From positions 288,001-352,000 of the forward strand of contig CAWHAZ010000005.1 of NCBI GenBank assembly GCA_963827475.1: a stretch of DNA of 64,000 nucleotides. The letters run 5' to 3'. Below, piece after piece: positions 39,023-51,911 of this stretch. The notes beneath the pieces were generated by a model. It was not told where the DNA came from and made no database searches. It worked only from the letters and a program-made list of their open reading frames with translations. This DNA is from an uncultured Chloroflexia bacterium (GTDB taxonomy: Bacteria; Chloroflexota; Limnocylindria; QHBO01). The position numbers were made by a program, and so were the translations under genes. Within the stretch, counting starts at the first letter, position 1; each line of letters starts with the position of its first letter.

Positions 39023-40691
39023 ATGTCGCGGCTGGCAGACCGGGGGGTCGCCGAGCTGCCGGTGGCCGGCGTGCCCGAGTCCCGGCAGGAATCCCGTGTC
39101 CGGCAGGGCAGCGCACGCCTGTCCGACCGGCGGCGGAGGCGCGCCCACCGACTTGCCGGCGACCAGTACCTGTTCTACACCGCGCTCCTGGCTCCGGTCG
39201 CCATCGCCGTCGCATCGGTCAGCTTCTTCACCGATGACACCGCCAGCGCCATCGTCCTGAGTGCGCTGTTCCTCGGCATCCAGGCCGGGGTCGGACGCAT
39301 CCCGCCCCGGCATCGGTTCCTGACCCCCCAGGGCTGGTCCCTGCTCCGGCTGGCCATCGCGCTGCTCTACGTCTGGGCGCTGGTGAACACGGTCGGCGGC
39401 CCGGGCAAACCGCTGTTCCCGCTGTACCTGCCGGTGGTCGTGGCTGCCGCGGCACTGGGGACCACGCAGGTGATCGTGATCGGGATCACCGCCGCGGTCA
39501 TCTACCTCGTCCCGGAGCTGGCCAGCCACCTCGACCCGGAGACCGTCCTCAACCCGACGTCGGTGGTCGCGCTGGCCGAGCTCACGCCGCGCGGCATCGC
39601 GCTGGTCGGGGTGTCCACCGTGCTGGCCATCGGCACCCGGCGCCTCGTCGTCGAGCTGGAGGCGATCAGCGGCCAGTTCCGGGCGACCGCCCTCTCCGAG
39701 CGGCGCCGGTCCCGGCAGATCGCCGGCCTGGAGGCGGTCAGCCGGCTGCTGGTCACCGCCGGCGCCACCCCCGAGCTGCTCGAGCGGGTGGCCGATGTCA
39801 TGGTCGAGCGGTTCGGCTATGCCCAGGCCGCGATCTTCATCGCGGAGGGGGACGGCATGAAGCTCGGCGCCCAGCGCGGCTACCCGGAGGACATGGCCGC
39901 CTTCGACCCGCGAACCGGGGTGGTCGGCCGCGCGGCGCGGACGGGCGAGGTCCAGCTGGTGCAGGACGTGTGGCGCGATCCGGACTACGTGCCCGGCCAC
40001 AACCGGGTGGTGAGCGAGATCGCGGCGCCCATGGTCCTCGACGGCGTGCTCCTCGGCGTCCTGAACATCGAGTCCACCGCGGCCACCCCGCTCGACCGCA
40101 TCGACCGCGACCTGGTGGCGACGATGGCCGACAAGCTGGCCACCGCCCTGGCCCTTGCCCGTGACCGACAGGCCCTGGCCGAGCTCGCGGTCCGCGACGG
40201 GCTGACCGGACTGCACAACCGTCGATTCTTCGACGACGCCGTCGCCCGGCTGCTGGCCGCACGCGACGCCATGCCGCCCAGCGAGCGGCGACCGGTGGCC
40301 GCCATCCTGTTCGACCTCGACCACTTCGGGACGTTCAACAAGCTTCACGGGGTCCAGGTCGGCGACCAGGCCCTGCGGGTGTTCGCCCACGCCATCCGGG
40401 AGCGGCTGCGCCAGACCGATCTCGTGGCGCGCTACGGCGGCGAGGAGTTCGTGATCGTGCTCGACGGCGCGGACCGTGACCAGGCGGTGACCGTGGCCGA
40501 GGAGGTTCGGCGACGCCTCGCTTCGCGGACGATCCCCGCCGAGGACGGCGCTCCCGTTGCAGCTCACCGTGTCCGCCGGTTGCGCGGCCCTGAGTGACGA
40601 CGAGCCCAGCGCCGAGGCGCTCCTGCGCACCGCCGACGTGGCCCTGTCCATGGCCAAGCGCGGCGGCCGGGACCGGGTGGTCGCCGCCTAG
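39023..40691 (+). CDS. membrane GAF-GGDEF diguanylate cyclase (frameshift near 40560)
   Basis: N-terminal TM helices, GAF domain, DGLTGLHNRR, DLDHF, RQTD I-site, GGEEF. Confidence 0.9.
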
Positions 40692-40709
40692 CCGCCGCCC
40701 CGGATCGGC

Positions 40710-41759
40710 CTAGGAGATCCGCTCCGCCAGCCAGCCGATGGCCGGCGCGTACAGGTGCTCGAGGTCGGCGTGGGTCCCTTCGACCAGCTCGAAGTGGACG
40801 ACCGGCTCGGTCACGCCGATGGCCGCCAGCTCGCGGCGGAAGGCCTCGGCCCCCATGTCGAGCAGGTACTCGTCCGCCTTGCCGGCGTCGATCCAGATCC
40901 CGCGCAGGCCGCGGAGGGCGTCCGCGTGGCCGGGGACCATCCGCACCGGGTCCTTCTCCAGCCACCGGTCCCAGGTCTCCGGGATCAGGCGGCCGGTGGC
41001 CGGGTCGAACGGGAGCTGGACGGTGCCGTCCGGATCAGTCGAGTAGCAGGCGGCCATGCACCACATGTTCAACGGCTCGAAGTCGGCCTTGCGGATGGGG
41101 CCGGTGCTCCGGCGGAACTCGGTCCAGAACGTGTCGAACGACCCGTCGTAGTGGTCGCGGAGGACGCGCGCCGCCTTGGCCATGTCCGGCGCGTAGCAGG
41201 CCTCGAACAGCGCATCACCGGCATGGGTGGCCAGCGCCCCGAAGCGGTCCGGACGGAGCATGGGCAGGACCATCGCCCCGTAGCCGCCGGACGACTTGCC
41301 GGCCACCGCGCGATGCGCGGCCTCGGGCAGCGTCCGCCAGGTGGCGTCCACCCACGGGATCACCTCGTCGCACAGGTAGGTCAGGTACCGACCGGTGCCC
41401 GGCGAGTCGAGGAACTGGCTCCCGCCCAGGCTCGTCCAGCAGTCGACGTAGACCACCATCGCCGGCGCCTGCCCGGAAGTGGCGAACTGGTCGTCGACCA
41501 GCTCCGGGGTGCTGGACCGGAAGGCCTTGCGGTTGCGCCACATGTCGAGCTGGCCGGTGAGGCCCTGGATGACGTAGACCGTCGGAAACCGCCGATCCGG
41601 CTCCGCCGCGTAGGCGGGTGGGGTGTAGACGTAGACCGGGCGACGGTGGGGATCGCCGAGTGGATTGGCGGTCAGCGCCTCGGAGTCGAAGACGTGCTCC
41701 TCGAAGCGGCCCCGCCACGCATGCCCCCACGGCTTCTCGAGGCCCCGCTCGGCTTCCAC
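40710..41759 (-). CDS. alpha/beta hydrolase (enterochelin-esterase-like)
   Basis: VYVYTPP, GKSSGGYGA nucleophile elbow, C-terminal D and H. Confidence 0.85.
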   Translation of the reverse strand: MEAERGLEKPWGHAWRGRFEEHVFDSEALTANPLGDPHRRPVYVYTPPAYAAEPDRRFPTVYVIQGLTGQLDMWRNRKAFRSSTPELVDDQFATSGQAPAMVVYVDCWTSLGGSQFLDSPGTGRYLTYLCDEVIPWVDATWRTLPEAAHRAVAGKSSGGYGAMVLPMLRPDRFGALATHAGDALFEACYAPDMAKAARVLRDHYDGSFDTFWTEFRRSTGPIRKADFEPLNMWCMAACYSTDPDGTVQLPFDPATGRLIPETWDRWLEKDPVRMVPGHADALRGLRGIWIDAGKADEYLLDMGAEAFRRELAAIGVTEPVVHFELVEGTHADLEHLYAPAIGWLAERIS

Positions 41760-41785
41760 GTCCCCAGCCTACCGCCGGGCGGCGG

Positions 41786-41980
41786 TCACATGTGCGGCTC
41801 GTAGCCCGAGGCGAGGTACTGCTCGGGGTCGTCGCGGAAATCGAGCAGGCAGCCGCGGCCACAGAAGTAGTACGTGACGCCGCCATGCTCGGCCGTCAGC
41901 CCGGCGGCCTCGGCGCGGGTCGGCTCCACGCTCATGCCGCAGACCGGGTCCTGGGGCAGGGTCGCCATCGAGAGGTCCAT
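41786..41980 (-). CDS. YHS domain protein
   Basis: DPVCGM..YYFCGRGC..F..DPEQY. Confidence 0.85.
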   Translation of the reverse strand: MDLSMATLPQDPVCGMSVEPTRAEAAGLTAEHGGVTYYFCGRGCLLDFRDDPEQYLASGYEPHM

Positions 41981-41983
41981 CGG

Positions 41984-44310
<2,327 letters not shown>

Positions 44311-44391
44311 CGGTCGGGGAGCGTCCGTGCAGATACTATGGGGGAGTATCTGGGAGCGGTCAACCGGAGACGATCCGGTTAGGCTGCGCCG

Positions 44392-45594
44392 GTGCGGGTC
44401 GTGATGCTGACCAACGAGTTTCCGCCGGCCGTGTATGGCGGCGCCGGGGTGCACGTCGCGGAGCTGGCCAACGCCCTGCGCGGTCGCGTCGACCTCGACA
44501 TTCGGACCTTCGGCGACCAGCAGCATGACGAAGCCGGCTGGCGCATCCAGGGCTACTCGTCGACCGCCCAGCTGGACGGCGTGGCGGAGGGCCTCCGTCC
44601 GGTGTTCAGCGCCTTCAGCCGAAACCTGGCCATGGCGGCCGACCCGCCGACCGCCGACCTCGTCCACTGCCACACCTGGTACACGCATCTCGGCGGCCTG
44701 GTCATGGGCCAGGCGTACGGCCTGCCGCTGGTGGTCACGGTCCACTCCCTCGAGCCCCTCCGGCCGTGGAAGCGTGAGCAGCTCGGGTCGGGGTACGACG
44801 CGTCGGCCTGGGTCGAACGCGAGGCGCTGGAGCAGGCCGACGCGGTGATCGCGGTCAGCGACGCGGCCCGCCGCGACGTCCTCGAGCACTTCGCGGTGGA
44901 CGACAGCCGTCTCCACGTCGTCCACAACGGCATCGACGTCGTCGCCTTCGCGCCCGATCCGGGGCGTCGCGACGCGCTGGCCCGCTACAAGATCAACCCC
45001 GCGGTGCCCTACGTCCTGTTCGTGGGCCGGGTGACCCGCCAGAAGGGAATCATGACCCTGGTCGAGGCCATCCCGCACCTCGACCCGCGGATCGGCGTCG
45101 TCCTGGCCGCGGGCCAGCCGGACACCCCGGAGCTCCAGGCCGAGGTGGCGGCGGGCGTGGCGGAGGCCCAGGCCGCCGCCCCAACCCGGGCCATCCACTG
45201 GATCCCCGAGGTCCTCGACCGCGGAACGCTGCGTCAGCTGTACTCCCACGCCGCGGTGTTCGCCTGCCCATCGGTCTATGAGCCGTTCGGGATCACGAAC
45301 CTGGAGGCCATGGCCTGTGGCGTGCCGGTGGTCGCCACCCGGGTGGGCGGGATCCCCGAGGTCGTCATCCACGACCGCACCGGCCTGCTGGTCGACGTGC
45401 CCGAGGGACCGATGGGCGCCGAAGACGTCAAACGCGTGGCGGCCGACCTCGCGGCCAGCATCAACGACCTCGTTGCCGATCCCGCACGGCGGGCGGCGAT
45501 GGGCGAGGCCGGCCGTCAGCGCGCGGTCGAGCAGTTCAGCTGGGCCGAGGTGGCGCGTCGCACGCTGGCGGTGTACGACGCCGTCGTAGGCTGA
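44392..45594 (+). CDS. glgA: GT4 glycogen synthase / maltose-1-phosphate synthase (actinobacterial GlgA/GlgM type)
   Basis: EFPPAVYGGAGVH, HCHTWY, HSLEPLRPWKREQLG, YEPFGITNLEAMAC. Confidence 0.88.
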   Translation: MRVVMLTNEFPPAVYGGAGVHVAELANALRGRVDLDIRTFGDQQHDEAGWRIQGYSSTAQLDGVAEGLRPVFSAFSRNLAMAADPPTADLVHCHTWYTHLGGLVMGQAYGLPLVVTVHSLEPLRPWKREQLGSGYDASAWVEREALEQADAVIAVSDAARRDVLEHFAVDDSRLHVVHNGIDVVAFAPDPGRRDALARYKINPAVPYVLFVGRVTRQKGIMTLVEAIPHLDPRIGVVLAAGQPDTPELQAEVAAGVAEAQAAAPTRAIHWIPEVLDRGTLRQLYSHAAVFACPSVYEPFGITNLEAMACGVPVVATRVGGIPEVVIHDRTGLLVDVPEGPMGAEDVKRVAADLAASINDLVADPARRAAMGEAGRQRAVEQFSWAEVARRTLAVYDAVVG

Positions 45595-46985
45595 TGGGCG
45601 GTCCCGACCCGGCACGCATCTCTCGCCGTCGGCTCCTGCAGCTCGGCGCGCTGACCCCGGCCGCGTTCGTCGTCGCCTGCGCGGAGACCCTCCTGCCGAT
45701 ACCGAGCCCGACGCGGCCGGTCATCACCTTCACCCCCGAGCCGAGCGCGACACCATCGCCCACGCCGACTCCGATACCGACCCCGGTGCCCACGCCCGCT
45801 CCGGGTGCGCCGGTCCTGTTCCGTGGCGTGGCCCTCGTCGACGGCCGCTCGGCGACGATCCAGCGGAACCTCAGCGTCCTCGTCGAGAACGGGCTGGTGG
45901 CGTGGATCCGGCCCGTGGACGGGGAGGAGGCCGCGCCCGGAGCCGGGGTGGTGGACGCCGCCGGCGCCACCATCGTCCCGGGCATGGTCGATGCCCACGT
46001 CCACTTCACCGGCACCGGCGGCGCGAACTGGATCCAGCGCTTCAACGACCCGCCGGCCACCCTCGCCGCGGTCGGGGAGGAGAACGCGGGCCTCGCCTGG
46101 CGGGCCGGCGTGCGCTGGGCACGGGACGTCGGCGCGCCAATCGTCACGGACCCGGTGGACGGGCGGGTCCGCGCCGCGTCGCTCGGCGTCCGTGACCGCC
46201 TCCGCGGACGTGCCGGGTTCCCGGAGATCCGGGCCGCGGGCAGCTGGCTCACCCGCGCTGGCTCGCTGCCCGGCAGGATCAGCGCCGAGGCCCGCAACGC
46301 AGACGAGCTGCTGAGCCTGGCCATCGGCCAGCTCGACCAGGGCGCCGACCTCGTCAAGCTGTACCTCGGCGGCCCGGACCCGGCCAACCCGCCCTGGTCG
46401 GCGAACGAGGTCCGCCGGGTCACCGACGCCGTCCACGCCCGCGGGGCACGGGTCGCGGCCCACGCCGGCCGCATCCCGGCCATCCGGGTCGGGGTGGATG
46501 GCGGGGTCGACACGATCGAGCACGGGTTCGAGCTGGATGCGTACACCGCCCGCCGGATGCGCGACACCGGCACGATCCTCGTCTCGACACTGACCGTCTT
46601 CCGCTCGTGGCAGAGCTTCTCTGCCACCACCACGATTCCGCTCTTCGCCTCGTCGGCATCGGTCACCCGACTGCAGAACGAGCTCGCTCGGGCGGAGGCC
46701 GCGATCCAGACCGCGCGGGCGGCGGGCGTGGTCATCGCCGCCGGGTCGGACGCCGGCGGCGGGTCACCCCGGGCCAACCACATCGGCTGGGAGTACCAAT
46801 CGCTCATCACCGCCGGGCTCCCCCCGGTCGAGGCCCTGGCCGCGGTCACCTGGCGCGGGGGAGAGGCGCTGGGCATCCCCGAGGCCGGCGTCATCCAGGA
46901 GGGCGGTCCAGCGCGGTTCTTCCTCGTCCACGGTGACCCGCTCAGCGACCCATCGGCCATCTGGAGGGTCTGGCGCCACGTCTGA
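45594..46985 (+). CDS. Tat-exported lipoprotein amidohydrolase
   Basis: SRRRLL, VVAC, PT-rich linker, PGMVDAHVH, K/H/H/D metal ligands. Confidence 0.82.
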   Translation: MGGPDPARISRRRLLQLGALTPAAFVVACAETLLPIPSPTRPVITFTPEPSATPSPTPTPIPTPVPTPAPGAPVLFRGVALVDGRSATIQRNLSVLVENGLVAWIRPVDGEEAAPGAGVVDAAGATIVPGMVDAHVHFTGTGGANWIQRFNDPPATLAAVGEENAGLAWRAGVRWARDVGAPIVTDPVDGRVRAASLGVRDRLRGRAGFPEIRAAGSWLTRAGSLPGRISAEARNADELLSLAIGQLDQGADLVKLYLGGPDPANPPWSANEVRRVTDAVHARGARVAAHAGRIPAIRVGVDGGVDTIEHGFELDAYTARRMRDTGTILVSTLTVFRSWQSFSATTTIPLFASSASVTRLQNELARAEAAIQTARAAGVVIAAGSDAGGGSPRANHIGWEYQSLITAGLPPVEALAAVTWRGGEALGIPEAGVIQEGGPARFFLVHGDPLSDPSAIWRVWRHV

Positions 46986-47009
46986 GCGGCCCGCTACCAT
47001 CGGTCGCCC

Positions 47010-47777
47010 ATGACCGTCGCCCCGCCGATCATCGTCGCGACCGACCTGCGCAAGTCGTACGGCCCGGTCAAGGCCGTCGACGGGGTGAGCTTCCAGGTGA
47101 CCGAGGGCGAGGTCTTCGGCATCCTCGGCCCCAACGGGGCGGGCAAGACGACGACCCTCGAGATGCTCGAGGGCATGCGCCCCATCGACGGTGGGTCGGC
47201 GACGGTGGACGGGCTGGACGTGGCGTCGGACCCGCGGGCCGTCAAGGCCCGCATCGGTATCCAGCTCCAGGCGTCCGCGTTCTTCGACGAGCTGAACCTC
47301 ACCGAGCTGCTCGTCCTCTTCGGCCACCTGTACCACGTGAAGGCGGATGCCGCCGGCCTGCTCGCCGAAGTGGGCCTGACCGACAAGGCGAAGAGCCGGG
47401 TCAAGGCCCTGTCCGGCGGGCAGAAGCAGCGATTCAGCATTGCTGCCGCCCTGGTGAACGACCCGCGCGTCCTCTTCCTCGACGAGCCGACCACCGGCCT
47501 CGACCCGCAGGCCCGCCGCCACCTGTGGGGTCTCATCGCCGGCATCCGCCAGCGCGGCCACACCGTGATCCTGACCACCCACTACATGGAGGAGGCGGAG
47601 ACCCTCTGCGACCGGGTCGCGATCATGGACGGCGGCAAGATCATCGCCCTCGACACCCCCGACGCGATGGTCCAGTCCTTGCTCGGGCGGGGCTTCACCA
47701 AGGAACGGACCGAGCGGCTGGCCAGCCTCGAGGACGTATTCATCGACCTCACCGGCCACGAGCTGCGCGAGGACTGA
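47010..47777 (+). CDS. ABC transporter ATP-binding protein
   Basis: GPNGAGKT, LSGGQ, LDEPT, TTH. Confidence 0.93.
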   Translation: MTVAPPIIVATDLRKSYGPVKAVDGVSFQVTEGEVFGILGPNGAGKTTTLEMLEGMRPIDGGSATVDGLDVASDPRAVKARIGIQLQASAFFDELNLTELLVLFGHLYHVKADAAGLLAEVGLTDKAKSRVKALSGGQKQRFSIAAALVNDPRVLFLDEPTTGLDPQARRHLWGLIAGIRQRGHTVILTTHYMEEAETLCDRVAIMDGGKIIALDTPDAMVQSLLGRGFTKERTERLASLEDVFIDLTGHELRED

Positions 47778-47780
47778 CCG

Positions 47781-48875
47781 ATGACGCGGAGGCTCGAGAT
47801 CGTCTGGCACCTCTTCGTCGCCTCCGGGAAGATGTTCGTCCGCGACCGGACGGCGGTGTTCTTCTCCCTCTTCCTGCCGCTGGTGATCATGCTGATCTTC
47901 GGCGTGCTGAATTTCGGCGCCGCGGCGGAGCTGGACGTCGGCGTCGTCGACGAGGCGGAGACCGACTCCAGCACGGCGATGATCGCCGCCTTCGAGCAGG
48001 TGCCGATCCTCACGGTGATCGAGGGAACCCGCGAGGACGAGCTGGCGGCTCTCGAGGAGGGCGACCGCTCGCTGGTCCTCCTCTTCCCCGAGGGTTGGGA
48101 GCTCGTGCCGCCGGGACAGCCGGGCTACGAGCCGCTGACCGCATTCACCAACGCGGCGACGGCCGCGGAGGGACAAACGGCGCTACTGATCGTGAACGCC
48201 GCGGTCGCCCAGGCCCTGATCACGGCCGGCGGTGGAGCGCCGGAGCCGCTGGTCGTGGTGGAGGAGGTCGCCGGCCGGGACCTGGGCTACATCGACTTCC
48301 TGGTGCCCGGCATCCTGGGCCTGACGATCATGCAGCTGGGCCTGTTCAGCGTGGCCTTCGGGTTCGTCCAGCTCAAGACGACCGGAACGCTCCGTCGATT
48401 GTTCGCGACGCCGACCTCGCCGAGCTACTTCCTCACCGCCCAGGTCAGCTCGCGGCTGATCATCACCCTCGTCCAGGTGCTCATCCTGCTCGGTGTCGGA
48501 CTGTGGTTCGGCGTCCAGCTGGTGGGCAGCGTGTTCGTCGTCCTGGTGCTGTCACTCCTGGGTGGCGTCGTCTTCCTGGCCATGGGCTTCGGGGTGGCGG
48601 GCTGGGCGAAGAACGAGAACCAGGCCGCGCCGGTCGCCAACCTCATCAGCCTGCCGATGATGTTCCTCTCCGGCTCGTTCTTCCCGCGCGAGGCCATGCC
48701 CGACTTCCTCCAGCAGGTGACCCGCTTTCTGCCGTTGACCTACCTCAACGATGCTCTGCGCGCGGTCATCAACGACGGGGCCGGCCTCGATGTGATCGGG
48801 ACCGACGTTATCGGCCTGGCGGTCTGGGGCGTCATCTCCTTCGCCATCGCCGCGCGGCTATTCAAGTGGGAATAG
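47781..48875 (+). CDS. ABC-2 transporter permease
   Basis: YIDFLVPG, FLSGSFFP, PLTY. Confidence 0.9.
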   Translation: MTRRLEIVWHLFVASGKMFVRDRTAVFFSLFLPLVIMLIFGVLNFGAAAELDVGVVDEAETDSSTAMIAAFEQVPILTVIEGTREDELAALEEGDRSLVLLFPEGWELVPPGQPGYEPLTAFTNAATAAEGQTALLIVNAAVAQALITAGGGAPEPLVVVEEVAGRDLGYIDFLVPGILGLTIMQLGLFSVAFGFVQLKTTGTLRRLFATPTSPSYFLTAQVSSRLIITLVQVLILLGVGLWFGVQLVGSVFVVLVLSLLGGVVFLAMGFGVAGWAKNENQAAPVANLISLPMMFLSGSFFPREAMPDFLQQVTRFLPLTYLNDALRAVINDGAGLDVIGTDVIGLAVWGVISFAIAARLFKWE

Positions 48876-48888
48876 GCGCGGCAGCTCC

Positions 48889-49273
48889 GTGAGCGTCGCC
48901 TGGATCCTGCGCATCGAGTCCGCGGCGATCGCAGTCGCTGGGGATCGTCGCCTATCTCAGCCTCGGCGGATCGGCGCTCCTGCTCGTTCCGGCGCTCCTC
49001 GCCCCGGACCTGTCGGCCCTCGGCTACCTGGCCGGCCCGCGCGTCGGGGCGATGACCTACAACCTCGTCCACAACTGGGCTGTGGCCTCGGTCCTCGCCT
49101 TGCTGACGATCATCACCGGCGAGGCATGGCCACTCCTGGCGGCCGCGGTGATCGCCGTCCACGTCGGCGCGGATCGGGCGCTGGGCTACGGCCTGAAGCT
49201 CCCGACCTCGTTCCGCGACACGCACCTCGGTCGCATCGGTCGAGACCGAAGCGACCCGCAGAACGCCGCATGA
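48889..49273 (+). CDS. DUF4260 membrane protein (frameshifted)
   Basis: LRIE, PDLS..GY, YNLVH, HVGADRALGYGLK..FRDTHLG. Confidence 0.82.
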
Positions 49274-49277
49274 GACC

Positions 49278-49303
49278 GATGGCGCCCGTTGCCGGGCGCC
49301 ATC
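49278..49303. terminator. hairpin between convergent genes
   Basis: GATGGCGCCCG-TTGC-CGGGCGCCATC, a perfect 11-bp stem. Confidence 0.65.
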
Positions 49304-49325
49304 TCCCCCTTCGGTCGCTGTTCGC

Positions 49326-49907
49326 TCAGGCGGGAGCCGGTGCTGGTACCGGGGCCACATCGACCGGCCGGTACAGATCGCCGGAGAAGAACCATCGGCG
49401 CAGGGTGGGCGAGACGCGCTGCCCCACGCTGGCGTCGAGGCCGTAGAAGTTGCCCGCTCCGATGTAGCCGATGAAGAACGTGACCAGCGCGTAGGTGAGG
49501 TGCTGGTTCACGATCCCGAACTGGAAATCCCAGGCGGCCACGAAAAACATCAGCATCATGAGCGTCCCCATGGCGGCCCCGAACCGGGTCAGCAGGCCGA
49601 GGATCAGGCTCACCCCGATCCCGACCTGGCCCCACGGAACCAGCAGGTTGATGATGCTCATGGCCATCGAGTTCTCGGTCATGACCACCCACATGTCGTG
49701 GGTGGGGTTGTAGATCACGCCGTCGACGGCCTCGGCCACGAACGGCCAGCCGAGCGTTCCGCCGGTCCCGAAGCCCAAGAAGCCAGCCGCGCTCCACGCC
49801 CCGGCGCCGCCGATGACCTTCTCGAGGCCGGCCCACAGAAAGATGATCCCGACGCCGACCCGGAGAACCGCCACTCCGAGCTGATGCCTGCGATCGACGA
49901 CTTGCAT
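49326..49907 (-). CDS. DoxX family membrane protein
   Basis: LRVGVGIIFLWAGLEK, LILGLLTR, GLD. Confidence 0.85.
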   Translation of the reverse strand: MQVVDRRHQLGVAVLRVGVGIIFLWAGLEKVIGGAGAWSAAGFLGFGTGGTLGWPFVAEAVDGVIYNPTHDMWVVMTENSMAMSIINLLVPWGQVGIGVSLILGLLTRFGAAMGTLMMLMFFVAAWDFQFGIVNQHLTYALVTFFIGYIGAGNFYGLDASVGQRVSPTLRRWFFSGDLYRPVDVAPVPAPAPA

Positions 49908-49987
49908 GGCCGATGCCTCCCTTCGAGTGTGGCCTGATGCTCTATGTGCGTCGGGGGCAGTCTATGTCCTGGCCAGCGCCTCGAACG

Positions 49988-50024
49988 GGGCCGAATGTCA
50001 CGAATCGGCGGGGCCGGATCGCCC
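49988..50024. promoter_or_regulatory. paired DosR/DevR-like boxes upstream of the DoxX gene
   Basis: GGGCC-GAAT-GTCAC (49988-50001) and GGGCC-GGAT-CGCCC (50011-50024) resemble GGGAC-N4-GTCCC. Confidence 0.45.
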
Positions 50025-50029
50025 TCCGA

Positions 50030-50713
50030 TCACGTTCCTCCGCCGAGCCGATGCTTCGCCACGAAGGCGGCCGCCTGGGCGCGTCGCTGGAGGTTCAGCT
50101 TGGAGAGGATGGACGAGACGTAGTTCTTGACCGTCTTGTCCGACAGGAAGACATCGGCCGCGATCTCGCGGTTCGTCTTGCCCTCGGCGACCAGCATGAG
50201 GATCTTGCGCTCCTGCGACGTCAGCTCGGCCAGTTCGTCGTTGGCGTCTCCTGCGGCCATCCGCCGCACGCGCTCGAGGACCCGTTCGGTGACCGCGGGA
50301 TCGAGGAGGGAGTCGCCGCGGCCGACCGCCTCCAGGGCCGCGACCAGGTCCCGCCCACGGATCTCCTTCAACAGGTACCCGCTGGCTCCGGCCAGGATGG
50401 CGGCCAGGACCGCCTCCTCGTCGGGATAGCTGGTGAGCATCACGACCCGGGTGGCCGGCAGCTCTTCGCGGATGGCACGGCATGCCTCGACGCCACTCCC
50501 GTCCGGCAGGCGCACGTCCATCAGGACGAGGTCAGGCTCGAATCGCCGTGCCGCAGCGACCGCCTCGCTCACCGTGCCGGCCTCCGCCACGATCTGGAAT
50601 GCCGGCCGCCGCTCGATGAGCGCCCGCAGACCCTGGCGCACGACCTCGTGGTCGTCCACCAGGAGCAGCCGGAGCGGTTGCGCCGGAGGGACCGTCGCCC
50701 GGGGGTCGGTCAT
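50030..50713 (-). CDS. NarL/DevR(DosR)-like response regulator
   Basis: LVDDHEVVRQG, DVRLPDGSG, GASGYLLK, TNREIA..LSDKTVKNYVS. Confidence 0.92.
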   Translation of the reverse strand: MTDPRATVPPAQPLRLLLVDDHEVVRQGLRALIERRPAFQIVAEAGTVSEAVAAARRFEPDLVLMDVRLPDGSGVEACRAIREELPATRVVMLTSYPDEEAVLAAILAGASGYLLKEIRGRDLVAALEAVGRGDSLLDPAVTERVLERVRRMAAGDANDELAELTSQERKILMLVAEGKTNREIAADVFLSDKTVKNYVSSILSKLNLQRRAQAAAFVAKHRLGGGT

Positions 50714-51900
50714 CGCGCGGCTTCCGCAGGCCGGCGAGGGATCTCGGCCACGACTCGCGTCCCTTCGCCAATCGTCGATGTGATGACGAGCCGGCCGCCC
50801 ATCGCTGACGCCCGATCTCGCATGTTCGCGAGCCCGTGGTGCCCCGCATCACGCGGTTCGGCGAGGTCAAAGCCGCGGCCGTCATCCGCGATCGACAGGC
50901 GCGCCGTCTCGTCAGAGATCGCCAACCGAATCGTGACGTGGCTCGCGTCGGCGTGCCGCCCGACATTGCTCAACCCTTCCCGCGCGATCGCGATCAGCTC
51001 GCGGGCCAGCTCGGGGGGCAGCATCTGGTCGCCATCGACTTCCACGCCCACGTGGGCGGTTCCACTCCGGCCCGTCTCGTCGGCCAGCTCGAGGAGTGCG
51101 GCACGGACATCCCCCGCCGACAGGAGCATCGGCCTGAGGTCGTAGATGAACGCGCGGGTGTCGCTGATCGCACCCTGCAGCGCCTCGATTGATTTCTCCA
51201 CCCGTTCCCGGGCGTCGTCGGGAGCCTCATCCATGAGGTCGGGGACGTCATCGAGGGAGAGCGTGACCGCGTACAACCGCTGGATCACCCCGTCGTGGAG
51301 GTCGCGCCCGATCCGGTCGCGCTCCGCGACGACCGCGAGGCGCCGGACCTCCTCGTGCAGCCGCGCATTGTCGATCGCGATGGCCGCGTGGAGCGCGAAG
51401 CGCTCGACCAGACGCTGATCGTCGAGGCTGAACTCGGCGGCTCCCCGCTTGTTGGTGAGGTAGAAATTACCAATCGCCCGCTCCCGCAGCCGAACAGGAA
51501 CGCCGAGGAAGCTGCGCATCGGCGGATGGTGGGCCGGGAAGCCGCTGTGCCTGCTGTCCGCACCGATATCAGCGATCCGGAGGGACTCGCTGTCCCGGAT
51601 GATCACCCCGAGCAGGCCGCCCCCTTCCGGCAGGGCGCCGATGCGGCGGCGGCCGGCCTCACTGATCCCGCTGGTCACGAAGCGCTCGAGCGTCGCATCG
51701 GGCCCGATGATCCCGATCGCGGCGTATTCGCCGTCCGCCAGCTCGCGGACCCGGTCGACGATGAGCTGGAGCACGCGGTCGAGGTCGAGGACGCCCGCGA
51801 TGCTGCGAACCGCGGCGTCGAGCGCATCTCGCTCGCGCTGGGACCGATCGGCAGCGTCGGTGGCGCTCTGCACGCGAGAGACGGTATCAGCCCGGCTCAT
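50710..51900 (-). CDS. GAF sensor histidine kinase (DevS/DosS-like, HisKA_3)
   Basis: GFPAHHPPMRSFLGVP, ERDRIGRDLHDGVIQRL, N..RHA, DDGRGF, GLANMRDRA. Confidence 0.9.
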   Translation of the reverse strand: MSRADTVSRVQSATDAADRSQRERDALDAAVRSIAGVLDLDRVLQLIVDRVRELADGEYAAIGIIGPDATLERFVTSGISEAGRRRIGALPEGGGLLGVIIRDSESLRIADIGADSRHSGFPAHHPPMRSFLGVPVRLRERAIGNFYLTNKRGAAEFSLDDQRLVERFALHAAIAIDNARLHEEVRRLAVVAERDRIGRDLHDGVIQRLYAVTLSLDDVPDLMDEAPDDARERVEKSIEALQGAISDTRAFIYDLRPMLLSAGDVRAALLELADETGRSGTAHVGVEVDGDQMLPPELARELIAIAREGLSNVGRHADASHVTIRLAISDETARLSIADDGRGFDLAEPRDAGHHGLANMRDRASAMGGRLVITSTIGEGTRVVAEIPRRPAEAAR

Positions 51901-51911
51901 CGGCCTGCCCG